A stretch of 64,000 nucleotides of DNA. It comes from an uncultured Chitinophagaceae bacterium (GTDB lineage: Bacteria > Bacteroidota > Bacteroidia > Chitinophagales > Chitinophagaceae). The translations under genes were made by a program, and so were the position numbers. The stretch's first letter is position 1. Every line of letters begins with the position of its first letter. A model generated the notes under the pieces. It did no database searches. It was not told the DNA's origin and was given only the letters and a program-made list of their open reading frames with translations. Location of the stretch: NCBI GenBank assembly GCA_964412885.1, contig CAYPQN010000002.1:83131-147130 (forward strand), given 5' to 3'. Shown piece after piece: positions 40,257 to 49,539 of the stretch.

Positions 40257-41000
40257 ATGGCCAAATACTCAGTGGTTTTCCTAGGGGCCAAGCCCGTTGG
40301 ATTTCATTGCTTTCAGTACCTGCTCTCCCAAAGAGAAGCCCTGAACCTGGAATGCCGAGGGTTATTCTACCATCACCGGGGGAATCATCCTGCCCCCCCT
40401 TGGGAAGAAACGGCCAGAGCCCACGGAGTGCCCGTATTCCGGGATCTGGACCAGATTCCGGAAGCCGATATGCTATATTCCGTCCAGTATCATCAGATCC
40501 TGGGAGCCGAGCACTTGAAAAGAGTCGGGCTCCCCCTTAACCTGCATATGGCTCCTCTGCCGGAATACCGGGGTTCCAACGCATTTTCCATGGCCATTAT
40601 CGAAGGGAAAAAAGAATTCGGCACCACCGTGCATATCATGGAGGAAAAAACCGATCAAGGGGATATTCTTTTCCAAAAGCGATTCCCTATACCGGATTCC
40701 TGCTGGGTAGGCGAACTCTATGAAATCACCCTGCAGGCCTCCTGCCGCCTTTTTGAACAAACCCTTGGGCCATTGGTCCGGGGTCAGTTCCGTCGCCTTC
40801 CCCAAAAGGATCTGGTGCCCAGCCTGGGCTCCTCCTTTCATTTCCGCAAGGAAATCCAACAGTGGAAACGCATTGATCTTTCCTGGGATGCAGAAAAAAT
40901 AGAAAGACATATCCGGGCCACGTCCATGCCGGGGTTCCCCCCGCCCTATGCGATGGTGGCGGGAAAAAAAATCAGCTTTCATATCGATCCGGAGTCATGA
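40257..41000 (+). CDS. Stand-alone formyltransferase (Fmt/ArnA N-domain type; probable sugar N-formyltransferase)
   Basis: 247 aa. The catalytic Asn/His in LNLHMAPLPEYRG and the Asp in EEKTDQGDILFQ are all present. It lacks the Fmt tRNA-binding C-domain and sits among glycosyltransferase genes. Confidence 0.72.
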   Translation: MAKYSVVFLGAKPVGFHCFQYLLSQREALNLECRGLFYHHRGNHPAPPWEETARAHGVPVFRDLDQIPEADMLYSVQYHQILGAEHLKRVGLPLNLHMAPLPEYRGSNAFSMAIIEGKKEFGTTVHIMEEKTDQGDILFQKRFPIPDSCWVGELYEITLQASCRLFEQTLGPLVRGQFRRLPQKDLVPSLGSSFHFRKEIQQWKRIDLSWDAEKIERHIRATSMPGFPPPYAMVAGKKISFHIDPES

Positions 41001-42094
41001 AAAGAATCGTGCTGACCATCACCGCCGATCCAAACTACGATCAGCGCATGCGCCGGATTTGCCATTCCCTGCATAGGGCCGGATACCAGGTTTGCCTGGT
41101 CGGGAGAAAAAGGCCCTCCAGCAAAGCCCTGATCCCCGCCCCCTATACCCAGATCAGGATTCCCCAGTGGATTGACCGGGGAAAATTCTTCTACCTGCTC
41201 TTCAACCTGAAGCTCTTTGTTTTCCTGATTTTCCGAAGGGCAGATGCGCTTTGCGCCATCGATCTGGACACTATTCTTCCTGTATATCTTGCCTCGAAGA
41301 TCAAAGGCATAGCCCGGGTCTATGATGCCCATGAACTCTTCCCGGAAATCGAAGAATCCGCATCCCGGCCCCGGATCCAGGCTATATGGCGATGGCTGGA
41401 AAGGAATACGGTTCCCCAATTTCGCTGGGGATATACGGTCAACGAAAGCTATAGGGACTTTTTCCGGGAAAAATACGGAGTGGACTATGCCATCGTGCGA
41501 AATGCCACCGTCTGGCAGCCGTTTGAGCCCCGGCAGAAGTCCAGAAAGTATATTCTTTATCAGGGAGCAGTCAACAAGGGGCGTTGCTTTGACGAGCTCA
41601 TTGAAGCCATGGGACAAGTGGAAGCGGAGCTCATCATCTGCGGGGAGGGCAATTACTATGCCCAGGCCAGGAAACTGGTCAAGGAAAAAGGCCTGAAAGA
41701 TAAAATTCATTTTACCGGATACCTGCCCGCCGATCAACTCCTGAATTACACCCGGGAAGCCTATATAGGGATTACCTTATTTGTAGCCGGATCCCTGAGC
41801 AATCGCCTGTCCCTGGCCAACCGTTTCTTTGATTATATGCATCAAGGGATTCCCCAACTGGCCATGGCCTATCCGGAATATCAGAAAATGAATGCCGAAT
41901 TTGAGCTGGCCACCCTACTGGAGGAACCCAGCCCGGAAAATATAGCCCAGGCCCTAAACCGACTGCTGAATGATCAGGCCTATTATCAGAGACTAAGGAA
42001 GAATGCCCTGAGGGCCAGGGAAAAGTACCATTGGCAGCACGAAGAAAAATCCCTTTTGGCCCTATACCAAAACCTATTCGATGAGCACCTCTGA
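40997..42094 (+). CDS. Glycosyltransferase, GT-B fold
   Basis: ATGA overlap with the formyltransferase gene. C-terminal GT1-type region (FTGYLPADQL...LSNRLSLANRFFDYMHQGIPQL). Confidence 0.72.
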   Translation: MKRIVLTITADPNYDQRMRRICHSLHRAGYQVCLVGRKRPSSKALIPAPYTQIRIPQWIDRGKFFYLLFNLKLFVFLIFRRADALCAIDLDTILPVYLASKIKGIARVYDAHELFPEIEESASRPRIQAIWRWLERNTVPQFRWGYTVNESYRDFFREKYGVDYAIVRNATVWQPFEPRQKSRKYILYQGAVNKGRCFDELIEAMGQVEAELIICGEGNYYAQARKLVKEKGLKDKIHFTGYLPADQLLNYTREAYIGITLFVAGSLSNRLSLANRFFDYMHQGIPQLAMAYPEYQKMNAEFELATLLEEPSPENIAQALNRLLNDQAYYQRLRKNALRAREKYHWQHEEKSLLALYQNLFDEHL

Positions 42095-42857
42095 ATCCAC
42101 CCCTTTCTTCTCGGTGATCATTCCGGCCTACAACGCCGTCTCCACCCTGGAAAACAGCCTGAATTCCTGTCTGCAACAGAGCCGTAAACCGGAAGAAATC
42201 ATCGTGGTCGATGACGCCAGCACGGACGGGACCCCTGGGTTGGAGGAAAAATACCCGGATCCGTCAATTCAATGGATAAGGAGAATGGTCAACGGTGGGG
42301 CCGGGCAGGCCAGAAATACGGGCATCCAAAGGGCCCGGGGGCGCTATATTGTTTTTCTTGACGCCGACGACAGCTGGCACCCTGAAAAGCTATTCCTGCT
42401 GGAAGCCCTGCTGAAAGAGCATCCGCAGATTCGATTCCTTTTCCATGATCATATGGTGGGCGGTGGAGAATTCCCGCCGATACCGGCCCAAACCAAGCTC
42501 TATCAATATTCCTGGATCAAACTACTTTATCGCAATCCCATGGCCACCCCATCGGTCCTGGTACACCGGGATCTGCTTCCCCGCTTCCGGGACAACTTGC
42601 GTCATTTGGAAGACTACGATCTTTGGCTGAGGCTGTCTGAAATAACCCCCCTGTATTATCTGCCCATTGTCCTCACCCGCCTGGGCAGACCTATAGGCAG
42701 TCCGGGAGGAATCAGCCACCGCCGCTGGGAAATGCGAAAAGGCGAAATCAGAACCTATACCTATATGGCCTTCCGCCGTCCACTTCGGCTCCCCCTTCTC
42801 CCTTTCCTGTGGACCTACAGCCTAATGAAACACTTGAAGAAAATCCTGAGGGGTTGA
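42081..42857 (+). CDS. Glycosyltransferase family 2
   Basis: FSVIIPAYNAVSTLENSLNSCLQQS...IIVVDDASTDGT and the DxD motif FLDADD. Overlaps the upstream GT gene by 14 nt. Confidence 0.85.
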   Translation: MSTSESTPFFSVIIPAYNAVSTLENSLNSCLQQSRKPEEIIVVDDASTDGTPGLEEKYPDPSIQWIRRMVNGGAGQARNTGIQRARGRYIVFLDADDSWHPEKLFLLEALLKEHPQIRFLFHDHMVGGGEFPPIPAQTKLYQYSWIKLLYRNPMATPSVLVHRDLLPRFRDNLRHLEDYDLWLRLSEITPLYYLPIVLTRLGRPIGSPGGISHRRWEMRKGEIRTYTYMAFRRPLRLPLLPFLWTYSLMKHLKKILRG

Positions 42858-42866
42858 TACCCTAAT

Positions 42867-43553
42867 TCACCAGATCTGGGAGGAAACTTCCTCCACCCTT
42901 CCCTGACCCACTCTAAGGACACGGGCAGGATATTTTTGAATCAGGGAATAATCATGGGTGGCCATGATAAAGGCCGTCTTATAGTCGCGGCAGATGGTCA
43001 GCAGCAGGTCCATGATCTCCTCGCGAGTCTCGGGGTCCAGATTTCCGGTAGGCTCATCGGCCAGAATAAGGCTGGGTTTGTTCAGCAGGGCCCGGGCGAT
43101 ATCCACTCTTTGCTGTTCGCCACCGGACATTTCATGGGGCATTTTGAAGCCTTTGTTTTTCAGCCCCACTCGGCCAAGCAAGTGCTCGATCCTCTCCCGG
43201 ATCCGCTGTTTGTCCTTCCATCCCGTAGCCCGCAAAACGAATTCCAGGTTCTCATAAACATTGCGGTCACTGAGAAGGCGGAAATCCTGAAAGACGATAC
43301 CCAGATGGCGACGCAGCTGAGGGACGGTTTTCCAGCTCAGCTTCTTGAGGTCAAAGCCCACGACCTCTCCCCTTCCCTCCCGCAGGTAAAGATCCCCGTA
43401 CAGGGTTTTGAGCAGGCTCGATTTCCCCGCTCCGGTCTTCCCGATCAAGTATACAAACTCGCCGCCCTGGACTTCAAAATTGACGGACTCCAGGATCAGG
43501 CTCTGCCCCTGAAAAATATGGACGTCCTGCAAAGAAATTACCGGTGATGCCAT
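42867..43553 (-). CDS. ftsE: Cell division ABC ATPase FtsE
   Basis: Walker [11 protein letters not shown], signature SGGEQQRV and Walker [13 protein letters not shown]. 228 aa, with an FtsE-like N-terminus. Confidence 0.85.
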   Translation of the reverse strand: MASPVISLQDVHIFQGQSLILESVNFEVQGGEFVYLIGKTGAGKSSLLKTLYGDLYLREGRGEVVGFDLKKLSWKTVPQLRRHLGIVFQDFRLLSDRNVYENLEFVLRATGWKDKQRIRERIEHLLGRVGLKNKGFKMPHEMSGGEQQRVDIARALLNKPSLILADEPTGNLDPETREEIMDLLLTICRDYKTAFIMATHDYSLIQKYPARVLRVGQGRVEEVSSQIW

Positions 43554-43684
43554 GAACTGTTAATGATTGAAAACCCAAACCTATCTCGGAAATAAAGGGC
43601 TAAAAATAGTGCAAATCCCGGTAAATCCGGGGTGCTCTGCACAAAATGGATTTCCGGGATAGGGTCCCCTGTTCCAAAATAGGG

Positions 43685-43708
43685 AAAAGGCCCCGACGAA
43701 TCGGGGCC
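43685..43708 (-). terminator. Intrinsic terminator of the M43 protease gene
   Basis: GGCCCCGA-CGAA-TCGGGGCC (43689-43708). On the minus strand it is followed by TTTTCCCTATTTT. About 30 nt 3' of the stop. Confidence 0.6.
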
Positions 43709-43737
43709 CTTAATCCTTATTCCTTGAAGCAGATATC

Positions 43738-46005
43738 TTATTGGGATACCAGCTTCAGCGTATGAATCTGGTTGCCGCTGAAGGTCTTCACCATGTAAAT
43801 GCCCTTGACGGAAATCGCGGATTCGGGAATCTCCACCCGAGTGATCGGGCCTAAGGCTCGGGTCCGGGTTTCGTATACCAGCTTACCGGTGATATCCACC
43901 ACTTGGATGCTCAGCTCCTCATCCTGGAAGGACTGCACGACCACATAAGCGTTACCGCTAGTGGGGTTGGGCACTATGGCCACCTTGGACTCTTCAGAGA
44001 TCAGGGTGTTCACTCCCAGGGGGTTGTTGCTGATGTTCAGCCTATCGATATAAAAGTTGTTCCCTACGCCTACATTGGTTTCATCCGCGGTGGACTTGTA
44101 GCGGAAACGGAAAAATACGCGCTCCTGACGGGCGGATTCCGGAATATGGATGCTCTTCAGCGCCCAATCTCCGGTCCACAGCGGACGGTACCGTCCGGTA
44201 TAAGTACCCTTGTTCGCCAGGGTTCTTCCTTTCATGCTGTCCAGCACTATCCAGGAATCACCGCAGTTGGTGGAGTAGGCAATCTCCAGCACGTCTCGCA
44301 TGAGTTCCAACTTTACCGTGCGGTAAGCACCGGAGTACATAAAGTTCAGGTTGCAGTCTCCGCTGGACATGCCGCTCAGGTCAAAAGCCGGAGTATAGAA
44401 GTCATCGTAATCTCCGTTCGGAGTGCCCACAATGGTGTTGGGGAATCTCCTTCCGTCATATCCATGGAAGACCATGGAGCTGTTGTCGTAATACCCGGTT
44501 TCCGAGGTCATGGCCCAACGCTGGTTGTTATTGTAGTAATTGAATATCGGGTATTGGTCAGCCCCGTTCTGGCCTTCCTCAAACTCCTGGATATACCCCA
44601 GGGGCTGGATGGCGTTCTTGCTGGCTACGTATACAGGGGTCTGCTCGATGGTGGCCGAACCGGTGTTGTTTCCGGTGGCGGTGAGCTTCACCGTGGCCCA
44701 GCCTGACTGATTGAACCTTACTTCCGGATTCATGGAAGTGGAAGTCGAGGGATTCCCGTTGGGGAATTCCCAGGATACACTGGTAATCGTATCCCTCCAG
44801 CTCTGGTTGCGGAAGCGGAAAGCCTTATCCTGCTCACAAAGAAAAAACGAACGGGAAGAAAGAGGTGTAGCAGAAGCACCTCTCTCGACCGAGAAAGCGG
44901 GCACGGGAGGCAAATCGTTGGCGGGTTTCATAATCCCCGTCACTTCATGTGTATAGGGGTCCACCAACTTGTTCCGGTTGGCCACGGCGCTTTTCAGGGT
45001 AGCGCGGGAGCGCATCACCTGCTGCTTGGTGAACATAACCGGACAGTTGGAATAATCCATGATGTTCTGCACATTGGTGGTATCCGGGTAATCCACCGTT
45101 ACCGCCACGGGAGTGGAATTCGTGTCCGGAGCATAGAAGTACTCCTTCACATATCCGCTGGCACATACCGAATCATAAAGCGGACAGGTGGACAGATGTC
45201 CCACCGTGGGGGGGGTATCGTCCACCTCATCATCACCACAAGGCTGCTGACCGGCCATGGTCAGACCACTGTTCCAGGTATGATATAGGTTTAGATAGTG
45301 TCCCACTTCATGCTCAATGGTCTTGAGGTTGCCCAGCAGATAGGGAGCGGCCACCATCACCCCGTCCGAATAGGGGAATTGGGCTGCACCGGCGGGAAGG
45401 GTGGCATAGGCCAGTACGGTACCGCCTTCCACTCCGCGCCCAATCACTTCCTCCACCCATATATTCAGGTACCGGGATGGATCCCATTGCCCAAGCTTGG
45501 CCTGATCATCCCCTCCTCGGGTCAAATAGGAATGATGGCGGGTAATTCCGGTGGTGGGGTTCCCTTGAGGATCCTTTCTGGCCAGGCGGAATTCGATGTT
45601 CATGTTTCCTACATGAGGCTGGAATGGCGAAATCACACCGGAGAGATCGGCATTCTGTCCGGCATATACCCGGTTAAGATTGGTGATCATCTGGTGGATG
45701 TCGTCATCCGACACATACTCGCTCCCGTAATCGTGGACCACATGCACTACCACGGAAATATAGAGTTTGGTGGCCGTTTCAGCCTGATACTCTGCTTCCT
45801 TGGCAGCCAGGTAGTCCTCGAGGGGACCGGTGATCTTCAACTGGGCACCCCGCAGATACTGATCCAGCGATTTTTGAATTTCTGCCACCTTGGGGTCGCG
45901 TTGGATGAGCTCCCTGTGAAGTTCATCGGTTCCGCAAACCTGCGCATCGACCGACTGGGTCAGGAATGCCGAGGCCAATAATAACAAAATACCTTTCTTC
46001 ACCAT
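43738..46005 (-). CDS. M43 (cytophagalysin/pappalysin-like) zinc metalloprotease with a T9SS C-terminal sorting domain
   Basis: Signal peptide, zincin motif HEVGHYLNLYHTW, and a C-terminal ~80 aa (VPNPTSGNAYVV...GIYMVKTFSGNQIHTLKLVSQ) typical of the Por secretion tail. Confidence 0.85.
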   Translation of the reverse strand: MVKKGILLLLASAFLTQSVDAQVCGTDELHRELIQRDPKVAEIQKSLDQYLRGAQLKITGPLEDYLAAKEAEYQAETATKLYISVVVHVVHDYGSEYVSDDDIHQMITNLNRVYAGQNADLSGVISPFQPHVGNMNIEFRLARKDPQGNPTTGITRHHSYLTRGGDDQAKLGQWDPSRYLNIWVEEVIGRGVEGGTVLAYATLPAGAAQFPYSDGVMVAAPYLLGNLKTIEHEVGHYLNLYHTWNSGLTMAGQQPCGDDEVDDTPPTVGHLSTCPLYDSVCASGYVKEYFYAPDTNSTPVAVTVDYPDTTNVQNIMDYSNCPVMFTKQQVMRSRATLKSAVANRNKLVDPYTHEVTGIMKPANDLPPVPAFSVERGASATPLSSRSFFLCEQDKAFRFRNQSWRDTITSVSWEFPNGNPSTSTSMNPEVRFNQSGWATVKLTATGNNTGSATIEQTPVYVASKNAIQPLGYIQEFEEGQNGADQYPIFNYYNNNQRWAMTSETGYYDNSSMVFHGYDGRRFPNTIVGTPNGDYDDFYTPAFDLSGMSSGDCNLNFMYSGAYRTVKLELMRDVLEIAYSTNCGDSWIVLDSMKGRTLANKGTYTGRYRPLWTGDWALKSIHIPESARQERVFFRFRYKSTADETNVGVGNNFYIDRLNISNNPLGVNTLISEESKVAIVPNPTSGNAYVVVQSFQDEELSIQVVDITGKLVYETRTRALGPITRVEIPESAISVKGIYMVKTFSGNQIHTLKLVSQ

Positions 46006-46324
46006 TTCGATTTTATTATGGTTTCCAATTAATCATACAAGGGGTAAAGATAAATAATCCGGTTAAAAGAATGCAAAAATTTTTGGGGGCCTATCCCCGC
46101 ATGAATCCGGGGATTCAGCGCTTCTGGCCCCGGTCCGGCTTTCCCTTATCGCCGCCCTCTTCCCCTCCCTTCGCACCCTGTTGCCCCCTCGCCATCCCCT
46201 TTGAAAAAAAATGCCTCCAGGACGAAAAATACTGCCGAAATCCGCACCTGGAGCGCTTCTCCGCCGTAAATCAGCCTAAAACCCTATGCTTGGCCGGGGG
46301 TAAATTCGAAGAAAAATCCTAACC

Positions 46325-47326
46325 ATGCGCCTACAAACTTCTTTTCGCCGCCATCTGGCCTACGCCGGAATGTTTCTGATTGCCGCCTTTCCCGCCGATA
46401 CCGTCCGGGGACAGGCCCATTTCCCCGCCGCCCATGCTCGCTGGCATCAACATATGGGCTATGGCACCTACTACTGTTACACGGACGGAGACACGGTGAT
46501 TCAAGGCCAGAAAGCCCGGATTATCCGCCAGGAGGCCCGGGTGAAGCCCGAATGGGCAAACCATGGCCTGGCCGTGGAGGACCTCCGCAGTCTGGCCGTA
46601 TTCACCCGGTCCGACACCAGTTTCATTTACAACCCGTATTTTGGGCGATTTACACCTCTATATATATTCAATGCCCGCCAAGGGGACAGTATCTGCCTGC
46701 CCCTGATCGACCCGGGAGGAGGGAATGCTTTCTTCGGCGACTGGGGAGACAGCACCTTCTGTTTCATCGTGGACTCCATAAAGGCCGTGCTCTATGATCA
46801 GCATTTACTCAGAACCTATTATACCCGCAGCTATAAAAAACACAATACTCTGGAGTTGAATTGGGGTCCCCCCGAATCCGGCGCCTATGCCGATCGACTC
46901 GGAGGCCTGTTTACGGGGTTTCTCCCCCAGTGTATTCCCAACACTCAGTGCCTTAGCTTCGGTACCGACAGCCGGCAACCGGCAGGATACCTGCGCTGCT
47001 ACGAAGACGGGAACTACCATATCCGGCTGGTGGCCGAAGACTGTGCCGATGGTGGACTACCCAAATCCATAAGGGCTAAACCGGGATGGCGGGGTCTGGC
47101 TCCTGGACCCCATCCGGTGGACGGGCACCTGTACTGGGAGACGGGAGACCGAAAAGTCCGTCGACTGGACCTGCTCTCTGTGAATGGGCAGAGACTCCGC
47201 CAGTTTCCGGAGCCCAGGGCGCCGCTCTTCCTGGGAGACCTGCCCTTCGGTATTTATATATTAGTCTTCTATCTGGACGACGGTTCCGTGCATCGCCACA
47301 GGGTCCTGATGCGGAATGCCCCCTGA
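46325..47326 (+). CDS. Hypothetical secreted protein with a probable T9SS C-terminal sorting domain
   Basis: N-terminal signal. The C-terminal GPHPVDGHLYWE...LDLLSVNGQRL...LPFGIYILVFYLDDG...RVLM fits the T9SS CTD pattern loosely. Confidence 0.5.
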   Translation: MRLQTSFRRHLAYAGMFLIAAFPADTVRGQAHFPAAHARWHQHMGYGTYYCYTDGDTVIQGQKARIIRQEARVKPEWANHGLAVEDLRSLAVFTRSDTSFIYNPYFGRFTPLYIFNARQGDSICLPLIDPGGGNAFFGDWGDSTFCFIVDSIKAVLYDQHLLRTYYTRSYKKHNTLELNWGPPESGAYADRLGGLFTGFLPQCIPNTQCLSFGTDSRQPAGYLRCYEDGNYHIRLVAEDCADGGLPKSIRAKPGWRGLAPGPHPVDGHLYWETGDRKVRRLDLLSVNGQRLRQFPEPRAPLFLGDLPFGIYILVFYLDDGSVHRHRVLMRNAP

Positions 47327-47670
47327 TCTCCATTCCAGGAGGTCCCGAATCGATTCGGGCAGGCCATCGGGGGAATCGACAGAAGAGGAATAAGAAATGG
47401 ACAGCAAGAAGGAAAGACTTTCCCTGCCCGAAGAATGCCAAATAAGCCGCTTCAGAGTTCTGAGGCGGCTTAGTTGATTAGATAAATGCCTTGGGGTTGA
47501 ACCTAACTGTTTTCTCTAAAAAAGGAAGGGGTGGGAGCAGGCCATAATTCCCCTGGGCGAAAATGGGTTCTACGGCCTAGCCTCTTTGCTTAGGTGTTCC
47601 TGATTGGGGAACCGCTCGCCACAACCAAGCAACCCTATTCTCAATGCATGGGATTATGAAGCCCCTGGGT

Positions 47671-47713
47671 TCAAATAAGAAAGGGACAAACCATTGAAAA
47701 AATGATCTGTCCC
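47671..47713 (-). terminator. Terminator downstream of tRNA-Leu
   Basis: Imperfect 13-position stem (11 pairs), GGGACAAACCATT / AATGATCTGTCCC. On the minus strand it is followed by TTTCTTATTTG. Confidence 0.5.
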
Positions 47714-47719
47714 GTTTCG

Positions 47720-47805
47720 TGCCCCGGACAGGACTTGAACCTGCACGGAACTTGCGTTCCAAGGGATTTTAAGTCCCTCGTGTCTACCAATTCCACCACC
47801 AGGGC
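47720..47805 (-). tRNA. tRNA-Leu (anticodon UAA)
   Basis: Minus-strand read GCCCTGGTGGTGGAATTGGTAGACACGAGGGACTTAAAATCCCTTGGAACGCAAGTTCCGTGCAGGTTCAAGTCCTGTCCGGGGCA. 7-bp acceptor stem, anticodon loop CTTAAAA, long variable arm, GTTCAAGTC T-loop. CCA is not encoded. Confidence 0.93.
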
Positions 47806-47876
47806 ATGGATGTGCCGATTTCCCTTAGTCTCCCCGGAATGCCGACCATCACCGAGGTATTTTGCTGATTTCCGGC

Positions 47877-47904
47877 AAAAAAAAATCCAAACTCTTGGTT
47901 TGGA
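47877..47904 (-). terminator. Intrinsic terminator immediately downstream of tRNA-Gly
   Basis: Minus strand: TCCAAAC-CAAGA-GTTTGGA followed by T9 (plus-strand A-run 47877-47885). It starts about 12 nt after the tRNA 3' end. Confidence 0.65.
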
Positions 47905-47916
47905 GAAAAAAGGAAG

Positions 47917-47989
47917 AGCGGAAGACGAGACTCGAACTCGCGACCCTCACCTTGGCAAGGTGATGCTCTACCAACTGAGCTACTTCCGC
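47917..47989 (-). tRNA. tRNA-Gly (anticodon GCC)
   Basis: Minus-strand read GCGGAAGTAGCTCAGTTGGTAGAGCATCACCTTGCCAAGGTGAGGGTCGCGAGTTCGAGTCTCGTCTTCCGCT. Canonical cloverleaf, anticodon loop TTGCCAA, GTTCGAGTC T-loop. CCA is not encoded. Confidence 0.95.
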
Positions 47990-48015
47990 TTGACATGAAA
48001 AGAACGAAGGGACGG

Positions 48016-48047
48016 CAAAGATAGGGGAGATGAGTTAATTACACAAT
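48016..48047 (-). promoter_or_regulatory. Candidate Bacteroidota-type promoter for tRNA-Gly
   Basis: Minus strand: ATTG, then 20 nt, then TATCTTTG (48023-48016). The box ends 26 nt upstream of the mature tRNA 5' end. The -33 element is only a partial match. Confidence 0.42.
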
Positions 48048-48116
48048 AGGGGGATGCATTTTTTATTCTTGGTCCTGTCCCTGGGAGTGAGGAAGGAATT
48101 CTATCTTCGCTCCGAG

Positions 48117-48773
48117 ATGAAGTCCTCTGCCCTGATCAGCCTGATTAAAAAAGACCTGTTGCTGGAATGGCGGCAGAAGCACACCTATTACGGAGCCTTA
48201 CTTTATGTGGGGTCCACGGTTTTTGTGCTCTACCTCCTGAACGGGGAACCCGATTCCCAGGTCTGGAATGCCCTTTTCTGGATAGCCCAATTATTCGTTT
48301 CGGTGAATGCCGTGGCCAAGAGTTTTCTTCAGGAACCAGCCTCCAGATTCCGATATTATTATACGATGGTAAAGCCCAGCACCTTTATTCTGGCCAAATC
48401 GGTGTACAGTATCCTCATCCTCTGCTCCCTTAGCCTGCTCAGCCTGCTGCTCTTCTTTCTTTTTCTGGGCAATCCCCTGGAGAGGCCAGGGGCCTTTGTG
48501 GCGCTCCTGCTGCTGGGCAGCCTCAGCCTTTCTCTGGTCTTCACCTTTCTTTCGGCCATTGCCGCCCGCACTCAGCAGAATGCGGCCATTATGGCCATAC
48601 TGGGATTCCCCCTGGTCATGCCCCTGCTTCTGCTTCTCAGCAATCTGTCCCTTTCCGCCCTGGCTCCGGTCCAGCAACCCGGATGGTACAGCGGCCTGGC
48701 CTTTCTGCTGGCCATGGACCTGATGGTCGCCTTGCTGGGGATTCTGCTCTTCCCATACTTATGGCAGGAATAG
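48117..48773 (+). CDS. ccmB: Heme exporter protein B (CcmB-like ABC permease)
   Basis: About 218 aa with six hydrophobic segments. The N-terminal LIKKDLLLEWRQKH is similar to CcmB family starts. Sits adjacent to ccmC. The start is uncertain (48054 or 48117). Confidence 0.68.
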   Translation: MKSSALISLIKKDLLLEWRQKHTYYGALLYVGSTVFVLYLLNGEPDSQVWNALFWIAQLFVSVNAVAKSFLQEPASRFRYYYTMVKPSTFILAKSVYSILILCSLSLLSLLLFFLFLGNPLERPGAFVALLLLGSLSLSLVFTFLSAIAARTQQNAAIMAILGFPLVMPLLLLLSNLSLSALAPVQQPGWYSGLAFLLAMDLMVALLGILLFPYLWQE

Positions 48774-48865
48774 CTCCCCTTTTCCCGGAATTTCCCCGAA
48801 GAGGATGGGGAGAATCTGTGGAGAAATTCTTGCTAATCCCTAACTTAGCGTCAAATTAAGATGTT

Positions 48866-49531
48866 ATGCGGATCAAATGGTGGAAGTGGCTATCCATAAT
48901 CCTCATGGGCTATGGACTGGTCGGAGGATTATTGCTCCCGGTTCCCCGCCTGCACATCTTAAACGAGTCCATCCGGAATTTATACTACCACGTACCCATG
49001 TGGTTTGTGATGATTCTACTTTTTGCCCTGGCGGCCTTTTACGCAATTCGTTATCTGAAAACCGGAAAACCCAAAGATGACCTGATTTCCTCAGAACTGA
49101 CCAAAGTGGGGGTTTGGTTCAGTGTTTTCGGTATAGTTACCGGCATGATCTGGGCTGAATTCACCTGGGGGGAACCCTGGAGCAATGACCCCAAACAACT
49201 GGGAACCGCCCTGGGGATGCTCATCTATTTTGCCTATCTGATTCTGAGAACCGGCATAAAGGAAGAAGAAAAAAAAGCCAGAATCAGTGCCGTCTATAAT
49301 ATTTTTGCATTTGCCTTGATAATCCCCTTACTTTATATTCTCCCCAAGCAGGTGGACTCACTCCATCCCGGAAGCGGAGGCAATCCCGGTTTCAATCAGT
49401 ACGACCTGGATGCGAGAATGCGCTGGGTATTCTACCCGGCCATACTGGGGTGGTTTCTGTTCGGGCTTTGGTTAACGGAATTGGCCGTCCGGCTGAACTG
49501 GGCCAAATACCGGAACGAGCAATTAAACTAG
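48866..49531 (+). CDS. ccmC: Heme exporter protein C (CcmC, cytochrome c assembly family)
   Basis: Trp-rich WAEFTWGEPWSNDPKQ motif (the WWD-type heme-handling motif) flanked by TM helices. 221 aa. Confidence 0.85.
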   Translation: MRIKWWKWLSIILMGYGLVGGLLLPVPRLHILNESIRNLYYHVPMWFVMILLFALAAFYAIRYLKTGKPKDDLISSELTKVGVWFSVFGIVTGMIWAEFTWGEPWSNDPKQLGTALGMLIYFAYLILRTGIKEEEKKARISAVYNIFAFALIIPLLYILPKQVDSLHPGSGGNPGFNQYDLDARMRWVFYPAILGWFLFGLWLTELAVRLNWAKYRNEQLN

Positions 49532-49539
49532 ACTGGACC

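Noticed and set aside
47784-47996. 70-aa and 98-aa track ORFs covering the tRNA locus.
   Set aside because: They are translations through the two clear tRNA genes and their spacer.
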